This document shows, one piece after another, positions 33,787-45,769 of a DNA stretch of 64,000 nt (within the stretch, counting starts at the first letter, position 1; the number at the start of each line of letters is the position of its first letter). The notes beneath the pieces are model-generated. The model was not told where the DNA came from, did no database searches, and saw only the letters and a list, made by a program, of their open reading frames with translations. Position numbers and translations under genes: made by a program. Origin of the DNA: Ascoidea asiatica JCM 7603 (Eukaryota > Fungi > Ascomycota); assembly GCA_001600695.1 (NCBI GenBank), contig BCKQ01000001.1:2278968-2342967 (forward strand), read 5' to 3'.

Positions 33787-34680
33787 ATGGTGATACAGTC
33801 AAAAAAACCATTTTTAACAAAAGCTCAGAAGGCAAAAAATGCAATGTATAAAAAATCTCCAACTTCATTAATCAATAAAATTGCAATTTTACATAAAAAA
33901 TCAAATAATCAAAAAGCTTTAGAATTATTACATCAAGTTGCAAGTGTTGTTTCTCCAATAATGAAAGAAAATAATTTTAAAGTTAATTTATTAACTGAAT
34001 TTTTCCCAAAAGATAATAATTTATTAGGATTAAATTATAATAGAGGTCAAACAATTTGTGTTAGATTAAGACCATTTTTTAATGAAAATTCTTTTTATCC
34101 TCTTAATGAAATCTTGGGCACTGTATTACATGAATTAACTCATATAAAATTTGGTCCTCATGATAAAAAATTCTTTGATTTTTTAGAAAAATTAAAACAA
34201 AGATATTATGATATACAAATTGAAGGTTCATTAAAAGCAACTGGTTATATTAATGAAATTAATAGATTAGGTTCTTCAAATGGTTTAAGTTTTACAAATA
34301 ATATCATATCTACTGATAGACAAAAAAGATTAAAAGAATTATCTAAAACAAAATATAAAGGTGAAGTTAAAAGATTAGGTACATTATCAGATAATAATAT
34401 CACTACTATTACTACTTCTAATAATAATAATAATAGTAATAATAATAGACCATTAAGAGAAATACTAAGGGAAGCTATTGAACGAAGAATAGCTTCTGAA
34501 ACAAAAAATAACTTTAAATTAAAATCAAAAGAAGAAAATCAAACGACTTCTGAATCTCAATTAGAAATACTTATGAATTCTCAATGTAGACATGATAATA
34601 ATAATATATTAAATGATATTCCAGATATTGAAGAAATAGAATATATTGATTTAACTGATGATGATAATAATAATATTTTC

Positions 34681-34713
<33 letters not shown>

Positions 34714-35085
34714 TCAAGCACTTTAAAATTAAGTTCACTTTCACCTTCACCTTCACCTTTAACTTTCACTTCAACTTCAACTTCAACCTCTAATTCTAGC
34801 TATACTTCTAAAAATAATATAAATTTGACTTATTTTGATAATAAGAATATTATTAATAATAATAGCATAAAACCTGAATATCTGGAAGGAAGTATCATTG
34901 TTGAAGATATAGATCAAGACGAAGACGACGAAGAAGATGATGATATCAAAGAACAGATCAAAAGGAAAAAAAAAAGAAAAATATTTCAACCAGATTCCGA
35001 TAAAAATATTCAAAAAGGCTTCAAAATTAAATCCAATAAAGTTAATTCAAAGAATAATGAGCTAGAAATTATTGATTTGACGTAA
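33787..35085 (+). CDS. WSS1: WLM-domain SUMO-targeted metalloprotease
   Basis: LLGLNYNRG, LHELTH...GPHDKKF, SIM-like IEYIDLT and C-terminal EIIDLT. Confidence 0.93.
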
Positions 35086-35145
35086 CATTAGATATATTCA
35101 ATTTTATTTTAAATATTTATTAGATAGATAAATAAATAGTTTGTA

Positions 35146-35590
35146 TTAGGGTTTAATAGTGATCTGTCGCCAACTCCGCGGAATTCCTATTGAGCAAGCA
35201 TAACCTAGTGTTAAACTGCTTTCTGCTGTAGAAATGCTTTTAACTGCAGCAGTATTTTAGCACCGGATAAACTAGAACTCAACCCTAACCACCCTAAAAA
35301 GGGCGCGGACATTCAGAGCCCTAAGGCAGTTCAAGATCAGGACTTTGTTTGTCCAGATCCAGACCCCTCCAACGCAGACCCCTCCCGACTGCTTCGGCGT
35401 TCGTTAGCAGCTGTTTGTGTTCGCTAACAATGCGGACTTCAACCCTGAAGGATCACAAGATAGCAGCTGAGCTGCCTGCAGAGCCGTTGGGTGTTCGCTA
35501 ACCTTGCATCAGTAACAGCCGAACACTCACTACCGAACAGTATCACGCCTGCCGAATGTTTTTGTTTGGCTTTCTAAGCGAGCAGCCAAT
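35146..35590. promoter_or_regulatory. GC-rich HEM1 upstream region with Tbf1-like CCCTAA cluster, PDRE-like TCCGCGGA, duplicated GTGTTCGCTAAC and a CCAAT box
   Basis: TTAGGGTT at 35146, AACCCTAA at 35281, ACCCTAA at 35291, AGCCCTAA at 35317; TCCGCGGA at 35175; 12-mer at 35417 and 35491; CCAAT at 35586. Confidence 0.55.
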
Positions 35591-36018
35591 AGATGCTCAG
35601 GAAAGCTTTTACTAATTGAGTAAAGCTAACAATAAATTTCACTTTTTAATTTTTGATATTTGTTTTTTTTTCAATTTGGCTCATAAAAAAATTTTGAATA
35701 AAAGATCGTATTGTTTCAAATCTGAATAGATGAACCCTTCGATGCAGTTATTAAATATAAATATAAATAACCCAAAATAACTTACCAATACTTTACTTTT
35801 CAACCTATTTCTTTATTTGCCTAATATCTTTAATCGAATATCGTTTTTTATATTCTCTTAACTAGTTATTTTTCTTTATATTCTTCAACTTTTTTCAAAT
35901 TTATAAAATTATTTATCATTTTTATATATTCATTAAATTTTATTAATTTTTACTCAAAAAAACTATTATTCAAAAAAAATTATATACAAAAAACAATCAA
36001 AAAAAAACGCTTTTCAAA

Positions 36019-37785
36019 ATGGAAAAAGTCACTTCTCAAGCTTTAAAGGTTTGTCCCTATGTTAAAGGCTCAAGTATTGCAACTTTGAAATCTGTTAATT
36101 TATTCTCAATGGCAAAACGTTGTCCAATTATGGGTCATGAAATTTCTGCAATGTCAAAAAAAAATGGTAATTTTAATCAAAAAAGAAATTTAGCAACTGA
36201 AGCTGTTGCTGAAGAAGAAGAAATTTCTTTTGATCAAATTAATTCTATTAATTCAAAATTTAATCAAAATTTAAATTTAAATTCTAATTCAAATTTAAAT
36301 AATATGAAAAATCATATTAATATTAATAAATCTACAAATGAGTCTTCTTTTGACTATAATGGTAAATTTAACTCTGATTTAATTCAAAAACGTAATGATA
36401 AATCTTATCGTTTTTTTAATAATATTAATAGATTAGCAAAAGAATTCCCAAAAGCTCATCGTCAATTAGAAGATGATAAAGTTACAGTTTGGTGTTCCAA
36501 TGATTATTTAGGTATGACTAAAAATCCTCTAGTTATTGATGAAATGCATAAAGTTATTGATAAATATGGTACTGGTGCTGGTGGTACTAGAAATATTGCT
36601 GGTCATAATAAACATGCAATTTCTTTAGAAAGTGAATTAGCTGCTTTACATAAAAAAGAAGCTGCTTTAGTTTTTTCTTCTTGTTTTGTTGCAAATGATG
36701 CTGTTTTAGGTTTATTAGGTCAAAAATTACCAAATTTAGTTATTTTTTCTGATGAATTAAATCATGCTTCAATGATTGTAGGAATTCAACATTCAAAATC
36801 AAAAAAACATATTTTTAAACATAATGATTTAAATCATTTAGAATCTTTATTACAAAAATATCCTAAAAATCAACCAAAATTAATTGCTTTTGAATCAGTT
36901 TATTCAATGTGCGGTTCTGTTTCTCCGATTAGCAAAATTTGTGATTTAGCTGAAAAATATGGTGCAATGACTTTCTTAGATGAAGTTCATGCTGTTGGTA
37001 TGTATGGTCCTCATGGTGCTGGTGTTGCAGAACATTTAAATTTCAATGATCACTTAAAATCAGGTTTAGCAACTCCAAAAAATATTAAAACTGTAATGGA
37101 TAGAGTTGATATGATTACTGGTACTTTAGGTAAATCTTTTGGTGCCGTTGGTGGTTATGTAGCTGCAAATGCTAATTTTATTGATTGGATTAGATCTTAT
37201 GCTCCAGGTTTCATTTTTACAACAAGTTTACCACCTGCAATTATGGCTGGTGCAAGTACTGCAATTAGATATCAAAGACATACTATAAAAGATAGAATTA
37301 ATCAACAAATTTATACTAGATATTTAAAAAAAAATTTTCAAGATTTAGGCATTCCAATTATTCCAAATCCTTCTCATATTGTCGCTGTTTTAGTTGGTAA
37401 TGCTGCTTTAGCTAAAAAAGCTAGTGATATGTTAATGGATAAACATCGTATTTATGTTCAAGCTATTAATTATCCAACTGTTGCAATTGGTTCAGAAAGA
37501 TTAAGAATTACTCCAACTCCTGGTCATAATGAAGCTTTATGTGATATTTTACTTGATTGTGTTAATGATGTTTTTAAGGAACTTGATCTTCCAAGATTAA
37601 AAGATTACGAGCAAATGGGTGGTTTATGTGGAGTTGGTGTTGAAGGTTCAAGATATGAAGATATTCAACCTCTTTGGACTGATTCTCAATTAAAATTAAC
37701 TGAAAAGGATTTAAATCCAAATGTCTTTTCCCCGGTTATTAGACAACTAGAAGTTTCTTCAGGTATTGCTATTGAAACTTACTAA
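36019..37785 (+). CDS. HEM1: 5-aminolevulinate synthase, mitochondrial
   Basis: [28 protein letters not shown] and TGTLGKSFG (PLP Lys); two CP motifs in the presequence. Confidence 0.98.
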   Translation: MEKVTSQALKVCPYVKGSSIATLKSVNLFSMAKRCPIMGHEISAMSKKNGNFNQKRNLATEAVAEEEEISFDQINSINSKFNQNLNLNSNSNLNNMKNHININKSTNESSFDYNGKFNSDLIQKRNDKSYRFFNNINRLAKEFPKAHRQLEDDKVTVWCSNDYLGMTKNPLVIDEMHKVIDKYGTGAGGTRNIAGHNKHAISLESELAALHKKEAALVFSSCFVANDAVLGLLGQKLPNLVIFSDELNHASMIVGIQHSKSKKHIFKHNDLNHLESLLQKYPKNQPKLIAFESVYSMCGSVSPISKICDLAEKYGAMTFLDEVHAVGMYGPHGAGVAEHLNFNDHLKSGLATPKNIKTVMDRVDMITGTLGKSFGAVGGYVAANANFIDWIRSYAPGFIFTTSLPPAIMAGASTAIRYQRHTIKDRINQQIYTRYLKKNFQDLGIPIIPNPSHIVAVLVGNAALAKKASDMLMDKHRIYVQAINYPTVAIGSERLRITPTPGHNEALCDILLDCVNDVFKELDLPRLKDYEQMGGLCGVGVEGSRYEDIQPLWTDSQLKLTEKDLNPNVFSPVIRQLEVSSGIAIETY

Positions 37786-37998
37786 AAAAATAAGTAAATA
37801 TGACTAAATGCAATTCAATATTTAAAATATATAAAATAGTAAAAGCAAATTATAAAATAGTTAATCAATTAATAGTATAAGATAAAATAAGAAAGAAAAT
37901 AATAATTAACAAAATTTTAATAAACATTATTCAAAATTAAAAAATTTAAAGTAATTTTTGTAAACATTTTTTTATTTGTAAAAACTTCATAAATAAAA

Positions 37999-40900
37999 TT
38001 AAAGATATAAACTGGCACAAAATACTATATCTCTTTTAATTTTTTCTTGAGCTTCTGTCATACAAGAATGTAAACGAGAATCACCAACAATTAAAGCAGC
38101 ATTTTTGACTTCTCTGCAAACTTCATCCAACCTTGTAATAACTCTTACGATTGTACCTTCAGCCTCTGGACTAACTTCCATGATTTCTTTGAAGGTTTTA
38201 CCTTTTGCCCATTCATAAACTACATTACATAAGGCAAATCTTTTGGATTCTGAAAATTCCTCTTCATCTCTGGTAAGAGGAACTTGATGATTTTGATATG
38301 TCTTCAAAATACCATCTGATATTTCTTTTATTTTTTTCTTACCTCTTTCTAATCTAGGAGTAACCAATGGTTCTTCTTCTTCCTTCGTCCTTCCTTCATA
38401 TACAAAAGAAGATAATAATGCAACTATTTCTTCGGGTTCAAATTCACCAAGGAAGTTATCAACAATCAATTCTGTTATGAACAATTCCCATCCAGAATTT
38501 ATTTCGCATGCAATTCTTCCTTTTAATAGAATGTTTAAATTTGAGTCAACAAATTTTAATTCTTTTAGAACTTCTAATCTTTGTTCATAATCAGGTAATA
38601 ATTTCAAACTCTCATCTGATATTAAATATTGTAAAGATTGAATTTTTTCTGCAATTCTGCTCTCTTCGTTGATAAGCTTGAAATGTTTCAAAAAGTCTTT
38701 GTAAAAAATTGCGTTTAAAATACTTTCATCTTCAACAATTTGAGTAAAAAGTTTGGCTTTTTTGCTATTAATTTCATTTAATTGAAGAGTTGAATCTTTC
38801 CAACGAGCATCCTTCCAGTATTTCTTAGTTTTTAAGACTTTTTGAAATTCGGATTTGAAAATTTCCAGTTCTTGAGGGTCTTTTGAAAAAACTTTAGTTA
38901 AAGAAAATTTTGCAAGATAATCTGTAACTAATCTTACTTGGTCACAAGATATTTCTGTTATTTGAAATGCCTTTTCAAATTTCCATTTGGGGAACAAAGT
39001 CTCATTGAAGCCGTTTACTTTCGGCAAATAAGGTATTTTATTATATGGGAAATCTTTAAAGTTATCTTCTTCTGAGATATTTATTTTAGGAGCAAAAAGA
39101 AAAAGCTTTTCATCAGATACATTGTGTTTGAATACAAAACCTGGTCTTAAATAACCATTATTATCCTCAAATACAATTAATTTTCCAGCTTTAAATGTTC
39201 TCAAAAGAACAGGATTTCTGAAAGACTCCTTTACCATATCTGTTACTAAAAGATTATAATCAGTAAATATTGAATGCATTTTTATAAGATCATCTTTAGT
39301 GTAAGGGCAATCAGTAAAATCCTGACTATCATATTTTGAGCTTATATCTTTTAGCTTTGTTTTTAAACTAAGTACAGTTTTTTCATGTTCAGGAAGAAGA
39401 GATCTGGAAGAATTCTCACTGAATGAGTGTTTAATCATTTCTTCTACTTTAAGAGCTTCAATTCTTAATAAATTTAAAATCATGATATAAGTTAACCTAA
39501 ACTGAGAAGTCAATTTTGTTGGATTTCCCAACGTTACATTTTTGAAAGAGGTTGCATCTAAAGGATTATTATAAGTCATTACGATTACAGTGCCTATTGG
39601 ATCTAACCCTCTTCTACCAGCTCTTCCAGACATTTGAGTAAATTCACCAGGTAAAAGATCTCTTAAACTTACCCCGTCGTGTTTTTTTAGTTTATCAAAA
39701 ACAACTGTTCTTGTAGGTAAATTCAAACCCATTGCAAAAGTTTCAGTAGCAAAAAGAACTTTAACTAAAGACTTTGAAAATAAAATTTCAATAACTTCTT
39801 TAACAATTGGTAAAAGACCACCATGATGAACACCAACACCTCTTGCTAAAAGTTCTCTCATTTTTAAAATTTGAGGTAAATCTCTATCTTCTTTTTTCAA
39901 TCTTGAAACGGCTTTATCAATAAACATTCTAACAAGAGATTTTTCTTTAGAAGTTGTAAGATCTATACTCATTAGAGTTTCTGCATATTCTTCACATCTT
40001 TTTTTACTAAATACAAAAATAACAGCTGGTAAAAGATTGTTAGTTTTAAGGAATTGAACCAAATTAATCCAAGTATTTTTATTTGGACCATCCCAAGCAG
40101 ATCTATAATTATTATTTCCAGGTTTTCCACCTCTTCCACCACCTCTTAAAGCACCTCTTTGACCTCCTCTTTGACCACCCCTTTGACCACCTCTTTGATT
40201 GCCCCTTTGGCCACCTCGGCCTCCTCGAGTATCATAATTTGAGTTTTCATTAGTTTTTTCAAAAAATTCTTTATGTTTTTTAAATTGAATTTCACTAAAA
40301 TTTCGTTGACCATCAATAACTTTGAATACTTGTTTTTTTTTAGTATAAATTAAAATTTCTAAAGGTACTGGACGTTTTGGAGTCGAAATCACATAAATAT
40401 CTTTTTTTTTAGTTCTACCAATCCATTCAGCAAATTCCATTGTATTTGGAACAGTTGCAGATAATAAAATAAATTTAACATGTTCAGGTAACATAATTAT
40501 AACTTCTTCCCAAACTACACCTCTATCAATATCATTCACATAATGAACTTCGTCAAAGATAACAAACTCTACATCTCTTATAAGATCAGCACCTCTATAT
40601 AACATACTTCTTAAAATTTCAGTGGTCATTATCAAACAATCAGAATAAGGATTAATTTGAACATCACCGGTAATTAAACCAATATCAATATCTTTGAAAG
40701 TTTCTTTGAAATCTCTAAATTTTTGATTTGATAAAGCTTTTATTGGAGATGTATATATTGTTTTTGTCATATTTCTATGAGCCATAGCAATTGCATATTC
40801 GGCTACAACAGTTTTACCAGCTGAAGTATGAGCAGCAACGAATACTGAGTCATTTTGTTCTAAATGATAAACGGCTTCTTTTTGAAATACATCTAATTCA

Positions 40901-41757
40901 AAAGGCCAAGTTCTTGCAGGATTTGGTACTAAATCACTAAAATTATCAATTTTATGATTAATATCAACAACATGAGCATAATTTTTATTTTTCAATTGTT
41001 TTAATTTTGAAACGGATTTTAAAGCAGAAGATATTGAAATATTGAAAGGTAATAACTCATCAATTTCATTTTTTCCATTATCGGATTGGTTCTGATTAGA
41101 TAATTTTGAAGATTTTGATTTATAATCACCATCTTCACTATTAGCATCATCATTATCCGAATTTATATCTAAATCATTTAAATTTTCATCCAATTCAGTT
41201 ATACGGTTATCATTTTCATCAAAATCTTCTATATTTGCAATATTTTTAAAATCGTTATTATTATCGTCATCATAATCATTATTGTTATTAGTTTTTTCGG
41301 ATAAAGATAATATAGAAGAAAAATCTAAACCTTTATCTAAGCCTGGAGGAATATCAAATAAACCTAGATTATCTCTATGTAAAGATATTGAAGCATCTTT
41401 AATCGGATCAACTGAGATTCCACCAGGTGCAAAGGGTAAAAAAGCAGAATCACCATTTATTGAAGCATCTTTTGAAGAATATTGTCTATTTAAAGATATG
41501 GAAGAGTTTGATGTATTATTATTCAATATTGAAAGATCTAATTCTTCAATTGAGTCATATATATGACAATTTATACCTTTTCTTTTAAATCTAATAGAAG
41601 TTTTATTAATTGAATCTGGTAATTTTATAAAATTATTTAAAATTTTATCATAATCTACAGTTGGTTTAACTTGAACCAAATCTAAAATATCCCAAGGCAA
41701 TTGATTGGAAGGTATTAAAAACTCGTTTAAAAGATCATTCTCGATATCTTCAGTCAT
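37999..41757 (-). CDS. SKI2: Ski complex DExH RNA helicase
   Basis: VAAHTSAGKT, IFDEVHY, RGGQ repeats, QMSGRAGRRG and KRDIVFCASLYL; start ATG is 41757 or 41772. Confidence 0.96.
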   Translation of the reverse strand: MTEDIENDLLNEFLIPSNQLPWDILDLVQVKPTVDYDKILNNFIKLPDSINKTSIRFKRKGINCHIYDSIEELDLSILNNNTSNSSISLNRQYSSKDASINGDSAFLPFAPGGISVDPIKDASISLHRDNLGLFDIPPGLDKGLDFSSILSLSEKTNNNNDYDDDNNNDFKNIANIEDFDENDNRITELDENLNDLDINSDNDDANSEDGDYKSKSSKLSNQNQSDNGKNEIDELLPFNISISSALKSVSKLKQLKNKNYAHVVDINHKIDNFSDLVPNPARTWPFELDVFQKEAVYHLEQNDSVFVAAHTSAGKTVVAEYAIAMAHRNMTKTIYTSPIKALSNQKFRDFKETFKDIDIGLITGDVQINPYSDCLIMTTEILRSMLYRGADLIRDVEFVIFDEVHYVNDIDRGVVWEEVIIMLPEHVKFILLSATVPNTMEFAEWIGRTKKKDIYVISTPKRPVPLEILIYTKKKQVFKVIDGQRNFSEIQFKKHKEFFEKTNENSNYDTRGGRGGQRGNQRGGQRGGQRGGQRGALRGGGRGGKPGNNNYRSAWDGPNKNTWINLVQFLKTNNLLPAVIFVFSKKRCEEYAETLMSIDLTTSKEKSLVRMFIDKAVSRLKKEDRDLPQILKMRELLARGVGVHHGGLLPIVKEVIEILFSKSLVKVLFATETFAMGLNLPTRTVVFDKLKKHDGVSLRDLLPGEFTQMSGRAGRRGLDPIGTVIVMTYNNPLDATSFKNVTLGNPTKLTSQFRLTYIMILNLLRIEALKVEEMIKHSFSENSSRSLLPEHEKTVLSLKTKLKDISSKYDSQDFTDCPYTKDDLIKMHSIFTDYNLLVTDMVKESFRNPVLLRTFKAGKLIVFEDNNGYLRPGFVFKHNVSDEKLFLFAPKINISEEDNFKDFPYNKIPYLPKVNGFNETLFPKWKFEKAFQITEISCDQVRLVTDYLAKFSLTKVFSKDPQELEIFKSEFQKVLKTKKYWKDARWKDSTLQLNEINSKKAKLFTQIVEDESILNAIFYKDFLKHFKLINEESRIAEKIQSLQYLISDESLKLLPDYEQRLEVLKELKFVDSNLNILLKGRIACEINSGWELFITELIVDNFLGEFEPEEIVALLSSFVYEGRTKEEEEPLVTPRLERGKKKIKEISDGILKTYQNHQVPLTRDEEEFSESKRFALCNVVYEWAKGKTFKEIMEVSPEAEGTIVRVITRLDEVCREVKNAALIVGDSRLHSCMTEAQEKIKRDIVFCASLYL

Positions 41758-41923
41758 TTTCGGAGGCAGCATTAATGAAACTAATTTAATTTTATCTAGC
41801 AAGTTATAATCAATTACATAAATTCTCAATGTCAGATTTAGATTCACTACTCCAAATCCAAAACTAAATCTAAATTCAATTTAATTTCCAGAATAAAGTT
41901 CCTGAAAATGAAAAACCACAAGT

Positions 41924-42026
41924 CACGTGGTTTATTAAGATAAAAAATCCAGCGTGTCTGTCCTATATTAGGGTCCCCTATAAAACTAGTATATGTCCCA
42001 TAACTCAAACTTGGATGAAACACGTG
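41924..42026. promoter_or_regulatory. Two CACGTG E-boxes (Cbf1/Pho4-type)
   Basis: GTCACGTG with core at 41924 and CACGTGGGG at 42021. Other CACGTG sites occur at 33350, 47205, 55492 and 55611, all in promoter islands. Confidence 0.5.
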
Positions 42027-42588
42027 GGGTTTAAGATTTGAAACCATTGGTGCGGAACTCTTGGCATGGTTTTATCGAATAACTCGCATAATTTTCCGTT
42101 CTTTGTTTTCATTGTTTATCTCTGATTTCTGATTTCTGTGGTTTGTGATCTAAGATTTGATGTTTAACTACTCCACATTTTCACTTTTTGCTACAACCGA
42201 GACACGAATAAATGATTTCTCAATCTTTCAATCCATATCAAATTATTAAAAGAATGAGTAAAATGAAACAAAAAAGGCAATAAGTGAAAGAAAATAAGAA
42301 CAAAGATAAAAGCAAGTTTGATTTTCTTCTTTTTCCAATTAATTCTGGATAAACTTTTGCAATTGAATTCACTTAAAAATCAAAATGGAAGCCGTTGAAA
42401 TGTTGAAATTAAATACGGTCATTAATTTCTTAATTCATAAACTGAAATTTAAATTACTCTAATGAAAAATTGATTATTGGAATATTCCTATTATTTATTA
42501 GAATAACCATATAAACTGTATATGATTAGTGAAAGTTGAAACAACAACTGATATCCCCGAGAGATCATTAAAAATGATTAACTTTTTG

Positions 42589-42602
42589 TGGAGAGTTCTC
42601 CA
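42589..42602. promoter_or_regulatory. Palindrome TGGAGA-GT-TCTCCA (Adr1-like half-sites) upstream of the dehydrogenase
   Basis: Perfect 6-bp inverted repeat; further GGAGA/TCTCC half-sites near 42632 and 42743. Confidence 0.45.
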
Positions 42603-42792
42603 AGAAAACAATATATTTAAATAAAACAATAGGAGACAATAATATAAACCAATTTTTTATTAAATGGTTTTTCATATAAAGTTATATTACTTTTCAATCT
42701 AAAACTCATTAAATTTTTTTCCAAGTTAGACTAGTTAGACTATCTCCTAAAATTGATATACTAATATTAATACTATATATTATTTTTTAAAA

Positions 42793-43914
42793 ATGTCAGA
42801 GTTTATAATTCCAAAATATATGAAAGCTGCTGTTATTAACGGCCCTTATAAAATTGATATAGAAATAAGGGAAACTCCAAAAATAATTGATGAAAATGAT
42901 GTTATTTTGAAAGTTTCTTTAGCAGGATTATGTGGTTCTGATTTACATCAATATAGAGCTTCATTGAAATCAAGTCCAATTGGTCATATTATGGGTCATG
43001 AAATGGTTGGTGAAATTGTTGATTTAGGTTCAAATATGAATTTGAATAATTATTTTAAAAAAGGTGAGATTGTTATTTCTTCTTTTACAACTCAATGTGG
43101 TGATTGTTGGTTTTGTAAAAAAAAATTAAATTGTGAAAATGGTAAAGTTTTTGGTACTTCTTCGATTTTACAGGGTTGTCAAGCTGAATATGTTAGAATT
43201 CCAAATGCTAAATCAACTTTATTTAAAAAACCTTTAAATTTATCAAATTTAAATAATTTGAAAGATGATTCTTTATTATTAATGATGGCTGATATTTTTC
43301 CAACTGGTTATTTTTGTGCTTCAAATTATACTAAAATAACTTCAAAAATTGAAATAGATCAGTCAATCGCAGTTGTTATTGGATGTGGTCCAGTTGGTTT
43401 ATGTACAATTGTTGCTGCTAAACAATTAGGTATAAATACAATTTATGCGATTGATATGGTTGATGATAGACTTAATAATGCTAAAAAATTTGGTGCAATA
43501 CCATTAGATGGTAATAATATTGAATTAATTGAAAAAACAATAATGAATATAACTTCAAATAGAGGTGCTGATGTTATATTTGAAGTTGTTGGTAATAAAC
43601 CTGCTTTAAGTTTAGCATTTAAATTAATTAGAAAATCTGGTTTTATTTCAAGTGTTGGTTATCATCATGAAGATTTACCATTTTCTGGTTTAGATTGTTA
43701 TTTAAAAAATATCAGACTTCAATTTGGTAGATGTCCATCTTTTGCTTTAGTTCCTGAAGCTCTTGAATTATTTGATAAATGTTGTGATAAATTTGTTGAT
43801 TTTATTGATATGAAACTTCCACTTGATGATGCTCCAAGAGCTTATGAAATTTTCAATAATCATAAAGCAAATAAAATTGTTTTTGATATGTCATTAAATG
43901 AGAAAATAATCTAA
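42793..43914 (+). CDS. Zinc-dependent medium-chain dehydrogenase (formaldehyde-dehydrogenase-like subgroup)
   Basis: GLCGSDLH, MGHEMVG, CGDCWFC..C, ADIFPTG and GCGPVG motifs. Confidence 0.9.
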   Translation: MSEFIIPKYMKAAVINGPYKIDIEIRETPKIIDENDVILKVSLAGLCGSDLHQYRASLKSSPIGHIMGHEMVGEIVDLGSNMNLNNYFKKGEIVISSFTTQCGDCWFCKKKLNCENGKVFGTSSILQGCQAEYVRIPNAKSTLFKKPLNLSNLNNLKDDSLLLMMADIFPTGYFCASNYTKITSKIEIDQSIAVVIGCGPVGLCTIVAAKQLGINTIYAIDMVDDRLNNAKKFGAIPLDGNNIELIEKTIMNITSNRGADVIFEVVGNKPALSLAFKLIRKSGFISSVGYHHEDLPFSGLDCYLKNIRLQFGRCPSFALVPEALELFDKCCDKFVDFIDMKLPLDDAPRAYEIFNNHKANKIVFDMSLNEKII

Positions 43915-44127
43915 TTAAAATAATATTTCTGTTAATAGCCATAACCATAAATATATTGAAACCCATTCTTTCCATAATTTCTGTAATTTCAATTATTTCT
44001 AATGAGAACGGTAGTATTCCTTTACTTTTTTCTAAATACATATGCATGTCCTATATATTATCTTAGTGTCCATCATATTCCATACAAATGCACGTCCTAA
44101 CCTTCACTCTAGAAGAAGAAACTTGGA

Positions 44128-44180
44128 TATTCTTCATATTCTTCATATTCTTCATATTCTTCATATTCTCCATATTCCCC
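44128..44180. repeat. 9-bp tandem repeat (ATATTCTTC) x4 plus 2 degenerate copies
   Basis: Read directly. Confidence 0.8.
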
Positions 44181-44688
44181 ATGATAAATCAAATTACAAA
44201 CTTCGACCACATTTACTCAAAACATTTATATTATGAAATTAATTGAATTGGTTTCAATTCATCTTTTTTATGAATATTTTGAAAATAATATATGCGTTAT
44301 CTAACGAGCTTTGGTCTTTGAAAATAATACCTACCTCAATCATCATGCCTCGCAGATTTAAACCCAAATCAGAAAATTTCATTCCGAGTGATTTTTCAAA
44401 ACTTACAAAACTTATCACTGCTTCTTGCAACCGATCTTTTTATCTAAAATTTTCATTTCCAATATTATTTTAAACTATTATCAACTTCATCTTCATCATT
44501 ATTGACAAAATACCATATGAAATTAACGTTATAATTATCATTATCATGATTTCTTTATTATAATTATTTTTGTCTTTGAAATCAAATGGCTTAAATTAAT
44601 TTTGTTAAATTTTCAATTTTTAAAATAAACAGTAAATGTACTGTGTACCTTTGAAACTCTAATATATTTTAGTTATAAAAATAAGTAA

Positions 44689-45708
44689 ATGAAAATGGAA
44701 GAATTACCAATCGTTAAGGTTACTACAAAATCAGCTTCTCAACAAGTTTCTTTTCTTGGAGGTTTTCTTGCCGGTGGTTTAGCAAGTTGTGGTGCTGTTA
44801 CAATAACAAACCCAATTGAATTAGCAAAAACAAGAATGCAATTACAAGGTGAATTAATTTCAAAAAATTCTTTAACTAATTCTCCTTATCGTAATCCTAT
44901 ACAAGCAATTTATTTAATCTTTAAACAAGAAGGTATTTATGGTATTCAAAAAGGTTTGTCTTGTTCTTATGTTTATCAAATGTGTTTAAATGGTTGTAGA
45001 TTTGGTTTTTATGAACCTTTAAGAAAAATTGCAAATAATTATTATTATAGTAATACAACTACTAAAGCTAATATAGAATCAATTCAAAATATTCCAATAA
45101 ATTTTGTTTGTGGTGGTTTAGCTGGGATGGCTGGTGCTGCAATTGGTTCTCCATTTTATCTTGTTAAAACAAGAATGCAATCTTATACAAATTCCAAAAT
45201 TAATATTGTTGGGCAACAATCTAATTATAGTAGTTTATCACAAGCTTTAATTCAAATTCATAAAAATGAAAATGGTATAAAAGGTTTATTTAGAGGTCTT
45301 GATGCTGCTGTTTTTAGAACTGGTATAGGTTCTGCAGTTCAATTATCTTCCTATTATTTAATTAAAAATGAATCTTTAAAATTAAATTTAAGTCCATTTA
45401 AAAATTTAGATTTAAATTCTCCAATTTTACATTTATTTTCAAGTACAATTGCTGGAATTTTAGTAAGTACAATTATGAATCCATTAGATGTAATTTTAAC
45501 TAGAATTTATAATCAAAAAGGTAATTTATATTCTGGCCCAATTGATTGTTTTAAAAAAACTATAAAATTTGAAGGATTTTTAGCTTTATATAAAGGTTTA
45601 CCTGCTCAAATGTTTAGAATGGTTCCGCATACTATTCTTTGTTTGATATTTATGGAACAAACGATGAAAATAACTAAAAATATTGAACAAAAATTTATAT
45701 ATAACTAA
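44689..45708 (+). CDS. OAC1: Mitochondrial oxaloacetate/sulfate carrier
   Basis: TNPIELAKTRMQLQGE, NGCRFGFYEP, SPFYLVKTRMQS, MNPLDVILTRIYNQKGNLYSGPIDC and PHTILCL. Confidence 0.93.
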   Translation: MKMEELPIVKVTTKSASQQVSFLGGFLAGGLASCGAVTITNPIELAKTRMQLQGELISKNSLTNSPYRNPIQAIYLIFKQEGIYGIQKGLSCSYVYQMCLNGCRFGFYEPLRKIANNYYYSNTTTKANIESIQNIPINFVCGGLAGMAGAAIGSPFYLVKTRMQSYTNSKINIVGQQSNYSSLSQALIQIHKNENGIKGLFRGLDAAVFRTGIGSAVQLSSYYLIKNESLKLNLSPFKNLDLNSPILHLFSSTIAGILVSTIMNPLDVILTRIYNQKGNLYSGPIDCFKKTIKFEGFLALYKGLPAQMFRMVPHTILCLIFMEQTMKITKNIEQKFIYN

Positions 45709-45769
45709 TATTTTAAACAACTTTATATAATTATAATTCCATATATAAACTCAAATCAACCAAAAATCC

